Source of the DNA: Minisyncoccota bacterium
GTDB taxonomy: Bacteria > Patescibacteriota > Minisyncoccia > UBA6257 > JAGOQP01
Assembly: GCA_041665445.1 (NCBI GenBank)
Contig: JBAYIV010000002.1
Span: 5,836-69,835 of the forward strand
Reading direction: 5' to 3'
Length of the DNA stretch: 64,000 nucleotides
The position numbers were made by a program, and so were the translations under genes. Shown in pieces: positions 9,228 through 18,373 of this stretch. Below the pieces are notes generated by a model, which ran no database searches, was not told the origin of the DNA, and saw only the letters and a list, made by a program, of their open reading frames with translations. Numbering within the stretch: position 1 is the first letter of the stretch; each line of letters starts with the position of its first letter.

Positions 9228-9270
9228 CTCCTGCTACACCCTTTCCCCTGACCCCTCTACCCTTCTTCCT
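9228..9270 (+). repeat. C-rich tract, inverted partner of 8805-8850
   Basis: CCCTTTCCCCTGACCCCTCTACCCT; CCTCTACCCT is the reverse complement of AGGGTAGAGG. Confidence 0.7.
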
Positions 9271-12200
9271 AATTTCCCACGCAACTATAGGTAATCGTAT
9301 CCGCGTATGATCCGGCCGGCGTCACGCCGTTGATGGCGGCCTTGTGTGTCGTCACCACTTCCCTGCCGGTGAAGCTTGCCGTGGAACTTGCCAGCGATGT
9401 CTGTGAGAGAAGTAATCCGCCGACAGTATTTCCCGTTTGATTGTAGGCACTGGCAAGCGTCAGCGTGGCACCGCTTCCCGCCGAACTGGTTGCCGCCTGA
9501 ATACCATATCCCTCGGTCCCCGCCACCAGTGTTGAGTTTGCCGAGCCGATTAAGTGGCTTACCGCACTCGCCCATAACCCCGCGGACGATCCGCTCCCGG
9601 CATCGCTCACATACAAAGTGCATCCGGCACCATACGTGCACGAAAGAGTCGTGGTGGTATTTGAAGAGGCTGTGGCAACACCAGACAACGTCAGCGTTCC
9701 AAATCCTGTTGTGCTAGGGCTCGTACTGCACGACACCGTGCCACTGGAAGCCATGGTGACCTGCGGATAGTTTTGATATGAGCCAAACAGCGTCCCGCTG
9801 TTCCAGATCATACGCAGACAATATGTCGTTCCCGCAGGAGCACTATTGTCTTTGAGCGAAAAATCCCATTTCCCGTCCTGTCCGATCTGCACCACGCTCT
9901 GCGTATTGGATACCGGATTTGCTTCAACATAGGTCTGATTCATGATGGTGTTTGATCCATCAGTTGGATCATTCGCATTTGCCGTCAGAGCGTTTCCGTT
10001 TACCGGCGTTGCGTTATCATTAAACGCAATCGGTGTTGACGCAGAGACGTCCGTCCAGGTTCCCGTCGGCGCGGCGCATGTTCCCGCCGCTCCCTTGTCT
10101 ACATATTGCAATTTAAATTGCTTATTAAGCGCCAAATCGGCACCGGAAATATTTGCCAACATTCTTGCACGGAATGTCGCTCCCGCTGAACCGAGCGTGA
10201 CAGCGGTATTCTGCGCCGCCAAGGCGGTCCCCACGTCCGTTGAATTGGTGTTGTTAAAAAGCCGGTACACCGCTTGCGCCATTGTTGAGGGCGGGTTGAG
10301 CGCTGAAGTGTCGGCAGAAATAGCGTTGGCAATATCGGTCACCGTTGTCAGATCGGCCGATCCCCATTGCCAAAACGTGAGCGAGGTGCTCGATCCGGAT
10401 GCGATGGTCCCCAATAATTTTGTGAAAACAATATCCGATGATTGAGGCGATGTGCCCGCAGGATACGTCACCGCTACCGGCCATTCGGCCCACGGCGACA
10501 CATTGGTGGTAATCGGCGCATGTTCAAGAAGATATGCCGTTGCGCTTGCCGTCTGCGCCTCGGGAACAATAACGCCCTGCGCACCAAGAGATCCGATATC
10601 ATAGTTCATCCACCACGGAGAAGAGAGCAAGCTTATCGGCGTGCTCGTTTCAGTTGTTTCGTCAGCAACACTCTGTGAGAATCGTCCTCGATCATTGGTC
10701 GCACGATCCGTTCCTAGCCATTGCTCGCGCATCCAGATGAATGGAAGCGAATGAGCACTCGTGTCGTTGTTGGTGAATTGATAGTCATTTTTAATATATC
10801 GTTTTCCCGCATAATAGGTCTGCGTGCGCGCGGCAGAAATACCGTTGTCAAGATATTGTATCCATCCCGTTGAAGGATCAGTGTCGTTGTGAAACACCAT
10901 CGTGATGTGATCATTGGTTGCTTCAGTTATCCAATCCTGCCATTCGCCCGCCCACTTAATGTTGGCACTATAATAGTCCGATGAATCGGGCAAAACAGTC
11001 TCATCCACATGGACCGCGACACGCTCCATACAATCAAGATTCACATCCCCCGTTCCCGATTTATGCCCCGTAAGCTCCGCCTGCTCTCCAGTTGCGTTAA
11101 CATGCGTCCCGTTCCACACCACATCACCGCCGAATATCGTTGTATAGACATATTGATTGGCAACCATGATACCGTTATAAAATTGCCGCTCGCCGATATT
11201 GTAAGTAGCTAAATCATCAACGCGCGTTGCCCATAAATCGGTATCGGCGGTAAACGAGAACGTGAGAATGGTACGCGCTGTTTGCGAGGTTCCCAATGCG
11301 GCAGCCGGCTGTACATACAGCGCATGTTGATCCGAGTCCCACCACCAGGCGTTAGTGGTACTGGCCGCGCTTCCCTGCGACACCGCGGTGCCGCCAATAG
11401 TAACGTTGGTAATGGCAATGGCGCTGCTGGTCGGTATAAAGGGAATAGCCACCGCAGTTCTAGCCACCGCCGTTGACGCATAGATGGAAAAATCGGATAC
11501 CGTAACATTCCAATGATCGGTACTCCACGTCGCCCCATAGTCGGTGCTGTTACCCATTGACCCGGTACTAATTGCATTCCATCGGCGCGTGATAAAAGTG
11601 GAAAAGCTCCCGCTATCGGTGTAGTCCACCGAACTAAAATCAGAATTGTTATCCAACTGAAGAGTAACAGCAAATGACCCGGTTGTCGGATCGGCGCACC
11701 CGTTGCAGTAGTTTGACCCTGGATAAATCGTTCCCTCAAAACGATCACTCGTGCTATTCCATGCCATCGGAACATAAAACGTTTGCCCAGCAGGCGTATC
11801 AACTTTTGCTCGCGCATAAGGATACGTGCCGTTATTCAATCCGCCAACCAGCGTCAATGTTACTGGAATCGCCCCCGACCAACCATCCGAAGATTTTCCC
11901 ACTGAACCCGAGACGCCGGGAGGCATTGGGGCAATCATGTCGCCGAAAAGATCGTCGGGCGTTATCGCATACCACGTGGCATACATTTTAACAATCCCCG
12001 ATGAATCAGAAAGACTAAGGTTCCCGCCATAAATATCATCACTAGTTGAGTAAAGCGGTCCAAATTCGCCACTCCACACGGACCCATTATTGGTTGACAT
12101 CTTGTAATAGACGTTTCCCGTACTGGCGGTACCCGCGGTAGCTTGGGCAGTATAAAGAACGTACAAATCGCCATTGGAATTATCTCGGGCAATTTTTACC

Positions 12201-13231
12201 CCCGTAATCCCGCACTCGCTGCCGCCCGCACACACACTGTTAGTGACCACGTCAGACAGATTGCTCCACGAACCATTAAATTTTTTCACCATGACGTCAT
12301 CGTCAGTTCCTAACGTTGCCGCAGAATTTGCATACGCCAAATACACATCGCCCGTTGTTGGATCAACAGTCGCGCCCCAGGATGCATCATAGGTTGTATT
12401 ATCAAGCGCCGTAGCGACATTGCCAAAACCAGACCAGCTAGAACCATTCCAAGTGGCATACTTAATATCGTTAGTTGTTACGGAAATATCCCACCACAAA
12501 AAAAGTATTTGTCCCGAAAGACGCGGGACTAAAAGCTGAAAGTCGTTACCCGCAGTCCATGAAGCTGGTTCAGAAACAGCCCAGTTGGTTGCTACGGTAC
12601 ACGTCGTCGTGCAACGAACCATCATATTATCAGTTGCATCAGAAACGGCTGCATACAATGCGCCATCCGTCCCCTTAGTGAAAGTAACGTGGTTGGTGCC
12701 GGCCCCCAAAGAACCCGCATACCCCAAGCCTGAAGTAATATTTACTGGTCCAGTCGAAAGAGTGCCATTAGAAGTATCAAGATAGCGATAAAAGATATCA
12801 TCGTTGGTAGTATCGATCATGGCGACGTGAATCAAATTCCCCGTGGTGTCCCCAGGCGTCCACCGGTCATACCACACCGCAACCTGAATACAGGTGGTGC
12901 CCGAGACATTAACCGCAACCCCCCACGTTGATCCGCCGTTAATCGTTTTGCTATAAGCACAGTAGCCCGTTGAATCTACATAAAACGAGTAGCCGACGCT
13001 CGTTGACGTAAAAACCGTTGTCGGACTGCCGCCCAAATGCGTTGTCGCAGTAGTGCTCACCGCGCTATCAATGGTTGCTTGTGCGGCGCGAGCTGGTTCA
13101 GTGCGAAACAAAAAAAACAGGTCGTGCTGCATCTGCGGCCATCCGGAAAATATCCACCCAACCATAAGAACAAAAACAACAACAACACCGTAGATGATTT
13201 TTGTTCCTCTGCGCATAAATTTATCGAACAA
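9269..13231 (-). CDS. 1320-aa secreted adhesin-like protein: N-terminal BNR/Asp-box propeller-like region, C-terminal pilin-like domain
   Basis: SKTINGGSTW and STNNGSVW Asp-box-like motifs. The last ~155 aa align without gaps to the 8009-8599 protein and end AGSYADTITYSCVGN. Confidence 0.8.
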   Translation of the reverse strand: MFDKFMRRGTKIIYGVVVVFVLMVGWIFSGWPQMQHDLFFLFRTEPARAAQATIDSAVSTTATTHLGGSPTTVFTSTSVGYSFYVDSTGYCAYSKTINGGSTWGVAVNVSGTTCIQVAVWYDRWTPGDTTGNLIHVAMIDTTNDDIFYRYLDTSNGTLSTGPVNITSGLGYAGSLGAGTNHVTFTKGTDGALYAAVSDATDNMMVRCTTTCTVATNWAVSEPASWTAGNDFQLLVPRLSGQILFLWWDISVTTNDIKYATWNGSSWSGFGNVATALDNTTYDASWGATVDPTTGDVYLAYANSAATLGTDDDVMVKKFNGSWSNLSDVVTNSVCAGGSECGITGVKIARDNSNGDLYVLYTAQATAGTASTGNVYYKMSTNNGSVWSGEFGPLYSTSDDIYGGNLSLSDSSGIVKMYATWYAITPDDLFGDMIAPMPPGVSGSVGKSSDGWSGAIPVTLTLVGGLNNGTYPYARAKVDTPAGQTFYVPMAWNSTSDRFEGTIYPGSNYCNGCADPTTGSFAVTLQLDNNSDFSSVDYTDSGSFSTFITRRWNAISTGSMGNSTDYGATWSTDHWNVTVSDFSIYASTAVARTAVAIPFIPTSSAIAITNVTIGGTAVSQGSAASTTNAWWWDSDQHALYVQPAAALGTSQTARTILTFSFTADTDLWATRVDDLATYNIGERQFYNGIMVANQYVYTTIFGGDVVWNGTHVNATGEQAELTGHKSGTGDVNLDCMERVAVHVDETVLPDSSDYYSANIKWAGEWQDWITEATNDHITMVFHNDTDPSTGWIQYLDNGISAARTQTYYAGKRYIKNDYQFTNNDTSAHSLPFIWMREQWLGTDRATNDRGRFSQSVADETTETSTPISLLSSPWWMNYDIGSLGAQGVIVPEAQTASATAYLLEHAPITTNVSPWAEWPVAVTYPAGTSPQSSDIVFTKLLGTIASGSSTSLTFWQWGSADLTTVTDIANAISADTSALNPPSTMAQAVYRLFNNTNSTDVGTALAAQNTAVTLGSAGATFRARMLANISGADLALNKQFKLQYVDKGAAGTCAAPTGTWTDVSASTPIAFNDNATPVNGNALTANANDPTDGSNTIMNQTYVEANPVSNTQSVVQIGQDGKWDFSLKDNSAPAGTTYCLRMIWNSGTLFGSYQNYPQVTMASSGTVSCSTSPSTTGFGTLTLSGVATASSNTTTTLSCTYGAGCTLYVSDAGSGSSAGLWASAVSHLIGSANSTLVAGTEGYGIQAATSSAGSGATLTLASAYNQTGNTVGGLLLSQTSLASSTASFTGREVVTTHKAAINGVTPAGSYADTITYSCVGN

Positions 13232-15071
13232 TTAAATTAACCTGGCACAACCCCGTTGAAACATTTTTATCCGCATCCTTTGACCCGTAGAGCACTACCA
13301 GCGTATATGATCCGGGGGTCGTACTTGCTGTCGTTTTGATAATCAGCATTGTCTGTCCGATAACTGTCGCCATACTCGAAGGTGCGTCAAGCGTTGCAGT
13401 CGCGGTAGTGCTATCCGTCGCCGTGCTTATTGAATCCGAAGAACTACTCGCCGCCACCGTATCCGTCGCCGTGCTTGTTGAGGTATCCGCCGTACTGCTC
13501 GCTGCGGTTGTTGACGCCCCGCCGCCAAGAGAATTGCCGGTAATATCATTAGCGCTAACCGGCATGAAGATAGGCTCCATGTCCTGCGGATAATCACCCA
13601 ATTTTGCAACAAATTGAGTCCCCTCGTTTGGAATAGTAATCGCATATGCAGCCTGTTCTCCGGGCATAATTTTTTGAGAGAACGGCGTAGCAATGCACGG
13701 CGTCCCCTGTCCAGCGGTATTAAATGCCGTGTCGGCTATTTCGTCGGGAGAAAACGCAACTTGGTCGGAGGAAAATGAAATGCGCGAACGATGCCCATCA
13801 ACTTTCTTTTCGTCTTGATAAGAAACCGCAAGCGTCATTCCGTCTAAATAAACCGCCTGATTGTCAGTAAGCGACGAAACGTCTACGGGAACAATGGCAA
13901 TCTGCAAATGTGACAAATCAACATGCGATGGGAGCGGAATAGGAAATGATGCGCCAAAATCGGCTTGCGTTACGCGTCCGGCAACATCCCACACCGATCC
14001 ATCAAACGAATAACGGACTTCAAATAAACTTGGCAATGGTTGAGCCGGTGTTGTTGTTTCGCTTGATGACGCAGATATCGACGGCGACGAACTGCTGCTG
14101 GGCACCGAATCAGACGACGTACTCGCTGACGCATCGGTCAACACATCAGATGAACTGGCGACCGTATCTGATGCCGTGCTACTTGCCACATCGGTTGACG
14201 TAACAACCGATTGATCGGTGGGCACAGAAGACGAAGCATCCGGAACGGGGGCTGGTGCGGGTGTTGTATCGGGCGCAGGCGACGCGGTGACGTCGGGAGG
14301 AGGCGTTGCGGTATCTGGAATTGTGGCGGGTGCTGGCGGAGGAACAATTTCCGGTGGTGGCGTTGTCCCTTCTTGCGCTCGCGCACCGGGCGCAAGAAGG
14401 GAATCACTAATTGCATGCCACAACAAAGAAATCGACGACGCTTTGGGGGTGAGTAATGCGGCGGGAGCGGGTGGGGTTGATGTTTCTGTTGGCACGGGTG
14501 CGGTGTCGGTGTTGGTCGGCGTTGACGTCGATGCGTCCGAAGAGGTGCTTGAGGCATCTGTTGACGAAGGCACAGTTTGATTTTCAATAGAGGACGAGGC
14601 GGTATCAGTCGCCGTACCTTGCGCCGGCGCAGGCATATCGGGGTTAAGCTGATCCTTCCCCGCGATGGTCCACGACAACGAAAGCTGTGCCGATACGGCA
14701 GTAGAAGATGCCCGCTGATCCGCTTCATTAAACCCACTGCAAAAAATCTGTTTATCGCCCGCACCCGCGCCCCCCAAAAGAACCGCCGAGTTTACGCCAT
14801 TGAAAGACAAGCTTGAGGCATCAGACGAAAGGTCGGGTTTTCCTGCCGCGTTTGAAACATTGAGCCACGATCCAAGACATGAGCTCGGATATTGCAACGC
14901 GACATCGGCGTGTCCCCAGAACGAATACCCCACAACAGAAACCAGCACCATGCCACAAAGCGACGCAAGACCAATGCGCCAAGCCATCATCAACTGACGC
15001 TCACGCTTCAAATTGACCGTGTGCGTGATGCGCCGAGTAAAAAATATTTTATTTTTCTTGCTAAAAAACAT
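13221..15071 (-). CDS. Membrane-anchored Ser/Thr/Pro/Ala-rich (mucin-like) surface protein
   Basis: N-terminal TM; long S/T/P/A tracts separate small globular segments, some containing Cys. Confidence 0.75.
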   Translation of the reverse strand: MFFSKKNKIFFTRRITHTVNLKRERQLMMAWRIGLASLCGMVLVSVVGYSFWGHADVALQYPSSCLGSWLNVSNAAGKPDLSSDASSLSFNGVNSAVLLGGAGAGDKQIFCSGFNEADQRASSTAVSAQLSLSWTIAGKDQLNPDMPAPAQGTATDTASSSIENQTVPSSTDASSTSSDASTSTPTNTDTAPVPTETSTPPAPAALLTPKASSISLLWHAISDSLLAPGARAQEGTTPPPEIVPPPAPATIPDTATPPPDVTASPAPDTTPAPAPVPDASSSVPTDQSVVTSTDVASSTASDTVASSSDVLTDASASTSSDSVPSSSSSPSISASSSETTTPAQPLPSLFEVRYSFDGSVWDVAGRVTQADFGASFPIPLPSHVDLSHLQIAIVPVDVSSLTDNQAVYLDGMTLAVSYQDEKKVDGHRSRISFSSDQVAFSPDEIADTAFNTAGQGTPCIATPFSQKIMPGEQAAYAITIPNEGTQFVAKLGDYPQDMEPIFMPVSANDITGNSLGGGASTTAASSTADTSTSTATDTVAASSSSDSISTATDSTTATATLDAPSSMATVIGQTMLIIKTTASTTPGSYTLVVLYGSKDADKNVSTGLCQVNLIVR

Positions 15072-15182
15072 TGCTGAGCGTTTCGTCTTTTTCTCTAAAT
15101 TCCTCTGTGCTCACTATATCAAATATTTCAAAGAAGAAAAAGTCCAAGTCGCCTCAAAATTGGCGCAAACACGCTCGATCGA

Positions 15183-17282
15183 TTAATTTTCTTCGTCGCC
15201 CCCAAAAATTTGATTAACACCCGCTCTTACCATGAGGCGATCCCACCAACTTGGAGATGTGACGGAAACATAAACCGTCGCGTCGGCGCGGTTGCCGGCA
15301 TTATCAATGGCGCGAACGGTAATCGCATGTTGTCCGGCATCGACAAAGGGAATGAATAATGGAGATGCGGCCGGCAAAAATGTCGGCTGATTATCAATGG
15401 CAATATAGAAATTTTTTTGAAGGCCGCTCGTCTCATCCTCACTGCCAAAAGCAAGCCGCACCACCTCCCCCACCGAAACAGAGGCATCGCTCAACAAAAT
15501 GATCGGCTGACGCGGTGGCGTTGCGTCGATACGTATGGGAAGCGTGGCCGTTGGACCAGCAACGGATCCCGCGACAGCAGCCACATGAAAATACCAATCT
15601 CCATCATTGGGAACAGAAAGGTGAACGGACAGATTGGTCGTTGTAGACACAGCATCATCTTGAGAAAAATCATTCAAAGGATTTTGATCAAGGGCATAAC
15701 GATATACCGCGTCTTTTGGCAGAGCCGCATTCCACGAAAAAGTTACGTCACGCGACGGATACCATTGATTTTCATTTGAATGCGATGGAGAGAAGACAAG
15801 CAATCGCAATGGATCAGCGGGGCCGCCCACGACATAGTTTCCCCCCGAAGCAAATCGAAGCACATTCGTCCCCAAGCCGTCATTGGCAAGAACCTGGGAA
15901 TCGGGAAGAAATGAAAGCGAGGCATCTCCTGCACCGATTGGATGCAAGAGCGCACGCACAACAACCCCGCCCGACCCTTGATACCCGCCAGGAATAACAC
16001 ACGAGAAAAGGACAGTCCCATTTATCTCATCAACGACGGAATCAAGCACGACACCATTTTCGCAAAGTGTCCCGGCTACATCTAGTTTCTCAATTGACAC
16101 CACGCGCTGATCAAATTTTAAATGCGCACGGATTGCATTGATGGACTCTCCGCCCGAGACGAGCTGTACCGATACAAATTTCTCAAAGGCGCCGCTGAAA
16201 ATGGACGCGGGCGGATATATGTTCAAAATCGAGTTGTACATTACCTCCCTCTCTCCGTTAATAATCGGTGCTTTGTATTGAAAAGCAAGAATATTGGCGT
16301 GAAAAGATATGAAAAAAACTATTACAGCACCAACCCCCAACAAAGCACCGTCGATCACCTTTGAGAAGAACGATTTTCGATAGGAGAGATGAAAGAACAA
16401 CAAGAGCCAAACAATGGTTACGAGCAATGCCGAGAAGGAAACCGCATGACTGACATAGTTATACGGGACCAAAATAAACGCTCCCCCGCTACTGTTTTCT
16501 GTCCCGTTAAAAGAAACCCGCCGCCCGATGTACTGCGCATTGCCGATAGTAATCGGCACCACGGCATCTTTCATATCGCCGCGAAGTAAATCTGAGTTGA
16601 TGTTAAAAAGTTTTGTCGCTTGCGCACGATCAGCGGCACTATCAAACGAACTTCCCATAACACCAAATTGGTTTGAGTAGACAACTAGTTGCACCCCGTT
16701 TTTCCCAAGATATTTATCCTTGATATCGCGAACATAATCATCATCAAACCATCGCCCCGCAATAACGCCAGCCAGAGTAGCGCCGGAGTCATCTTTAATG
16801 AGATGCCCGCTGTTAATAATCAACGGATATACTGATCCGGTTTCAACCGACGCAAAATCGTGCCCCTGTGCCATTGTTCGTCCATATGATGTCGTTTCAT
16901 AAATATAGTCGCCCCACTCCTGCAATGCATGCGTACGCGCTACCACCACCCCCCTGTCGTCGACAAAAACAACGCCGGCCGCCACAGTATTCTTTTGATC
17001 CGCCTCTATGATAGGAAGGATAACATCGGCATCGATGGTGGTGGCCAATTTGCGGGCAACGAGATCATTAGCAATAGATTGTGCCGCATGCGCCATTGCC
17101 AATTCTTCCTGCGCGATGCCCGACTCCAACACATACGCAAACCGCGTCATGCGCATGCGCTCAACATATCGATTGATTGTCCCGGTCAATGCCGCAATGG
17201 CCGGAATGGCCACCAACGACATCAACGACACCGCCATAACCCAGCGGATTCTTTTGAGGTGAAAAATTTCTTTAATTGTCAT
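15183..17282 (-). CDS. Membrane protein: Cache-like domain, 2 TM, cohesin-like and Ig-like domains
   Basis: TM1; DDRGVVVARTH...GD...PLII...GVIAGRWFDD (Cache-like); TM2/TM3; GESINAIRAHLKFD...VLANDGLGT; SPSHSNENQWY; DETSGL...RAIDNAGN. Confidence 0.75.
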   Translation of the reverse strand: MTIKEIFHLKRIRWVMAVSLMSLVAIPAIAALTGTINRYVERMRMTRFAYVLESGIAQEELAMAHAAQSIANDLVARKLATTIDADVILPIIEADQKNTVAAGVVFVDDRGVVVARTHALQEWGDYIYETTSYGRTMAQGHDFASVETGSVYPLIINSGHLIKDDSGATLAGVIAGRWFDDDYVRDIKDKYLGKNGVQLVVYSNQFGVMGSSFDSAADRAQATKLFNINSDLLRGDMKDAVVPITIGNAQYIGRRVSFNGTENSSGGAFILVPYNYVSHAVSFSALLVTIVWLLLFFHLSYRKSFFSKVIDGALLGVGAVIVFFISFHANILAFQYKAPIINGEREVMYNSILNIYPPASIFSGAFEKFVSVQLVSGGESINAIRAHLKFDQRVVSIEKLDVAGTLCENGVVLDSVVDEINGTVLFSCVIPGGYQGSGGVVVRALLHPIGAGDASLSFLPDSQVLANDGLGTNVLRFASGGNYVVGGPADPLRLLVFSPSHSNENQWYPSRDVTFSWNAALPKDAVYRYALDQNPLNDFSQDDAVSTTTNLSVHLSVPNDGDWYFHVAAVAGSVAGPTATLPIRIDATPPRQPIILLSDASVSVGEVVRLAFGSEDETSGLQKNFYIAIDNQPTFLPAASPLFIPFVDAGQHAITVRAIDNAGNRADATVYVSVTSPSWWDRLMVRAGVNQIFGGDEEN

Positions 17283-17466
17283 TGAATGCGGTCAAAATAA
17301 AAAATGCGCTTACTCTACCCATCAACACGCCAACGGGCATACGCGCATCAATTGCGGTGAGTGGGTACGCCTTGAGCTCCCCACCGATGCAGGCGTCCAT
17401 CATACGCACCGGCGGATCATTGCTTCACCAAAATACTTAATTTATTTTTCTCTCTGTCTGTGTGAT

Positions 17467-17510
17467 AGTATACCATACAGATACGTCACCAATGGCGCAC
17501 TGGTGGATAA
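17467..17510 (-). promoter_or_regulatory. Extended -10 promoter (TGGTATACT) for the surface cluster with DnaA-box-like TTATCCACC
   Basis: TATACT at 17467-17472; 1-mismatch DnaA box at 17502-17510. Confidence 0.5.
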
Positions 17511-17647
17511 CTCTCTCAAAAATAAAACGCCTATCGGCGCTTGTTTCTTCCATGCGCAACGTAATAAAAACAACGCATATTTATAGGCGTTACTGATATT
17601 CGGCCTCATTCTTCTAGAATACAGAATAGCGCATAAGCGAAAAACGG

Positions 17648-18355
17648 TCAGCCCACAGTCCTCTCGCCCGAACTCAATCGTGCCGATGGTGAAAACCAGA
17701 TATCGGCGGCGCGCGGATATATTTTAGTCAAAGGATGATTGCGACAGTCGTGTTTGCGTGCCGGACAAATGGTGCGCCCATACATCACCAGACGATGATT
17801 CAAATCGGCCCACTCTTTTTTGGGAAAAATCGCCATTAAATCACGCTCAATGACCGTGGGATTGGCCGAATCGGTCAGGCCAAGCTTTATCGCCAATCGC
17901 CGCACATGAGTGTCAACCGCGATCCCTTCGGTAATCCCAAACGCATTGCTCAAAATAATATTTGCCGTTTTTCTGCCAATTCCCGGAAGCGCGACTAATT
18001 CCTCCATCGTGTGCGGTACGGCACCATTATATTTTTGAACGATAATCCGCGCCGTGGCCAAAATATTTTTTGCCTTTGCGTGATAGAGACCGATAGTTTT
18101 AATGGCTGGCTCAAAATCCTTTTGCGGGACACGCGCCATCACTTCAACGTTCGGATATTTTTTAAAAAGCGCGGGTGTTATTTCGTTGACTTTTTTGTCG
18201 GTCGTCTGTGCCGATAAAATGACCGCCACCGCTAGTTCCCATGGCGTGGAAAAATTCAACGCCACGCGAGCGATCGGAAAAAGTTTTTTTAATACCCGCA
18301 CGATTTCGTGTGCCCGTGCCCGCCGGAGCATTAAAACATTTTCTGGGATTGTCAT
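17648..18355 (-). CDS. nth: Endonuclease III
   Basis: LSAQTTDKKVN; HhH LPGIGRKTAN; IAVDTHVRR; degenerate Fe-S motif. Confidence 0.93.
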   Translation of the reverse strand: MTIPENVLMLRRARAHEIVRVLKKLFPIARVALNFSTPWELAVAVILSAQTTDKKVNEITPALFKKYPNVEVMARVPQKDFEPAIKTIGLYHAKAKNILATARIIVQKYNGAVPHTMEELVALPGIGRKTANIILSNAFGITEGIAVDTHVRRLAIKLGLTDSANPTVIERDLMAIFPKKEWADLNHRLVMYGRTICPARKHDCRNHPLTKIYPRAADIWFSPSARLSSGERTVG

Positions 18356-18373
18356 GGAACGCAACGCCGTAAG

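Noticed and set aside
8009-9736. Diversity-generating retroelement (Avd-like gene between two similar sequences, as TR/VR)
   Set aside because: Differences are spread over all bases and concentrated at synonymous sites rather than adenines, both copies are coding, and there is no reverse transcriptase in the window.
2878-17282. Cellulosome
   Set aside because: No recognisable glycoside hydrolase or CBM is attached to the dockerin, and each scaffold has only one cohesin-like domain.
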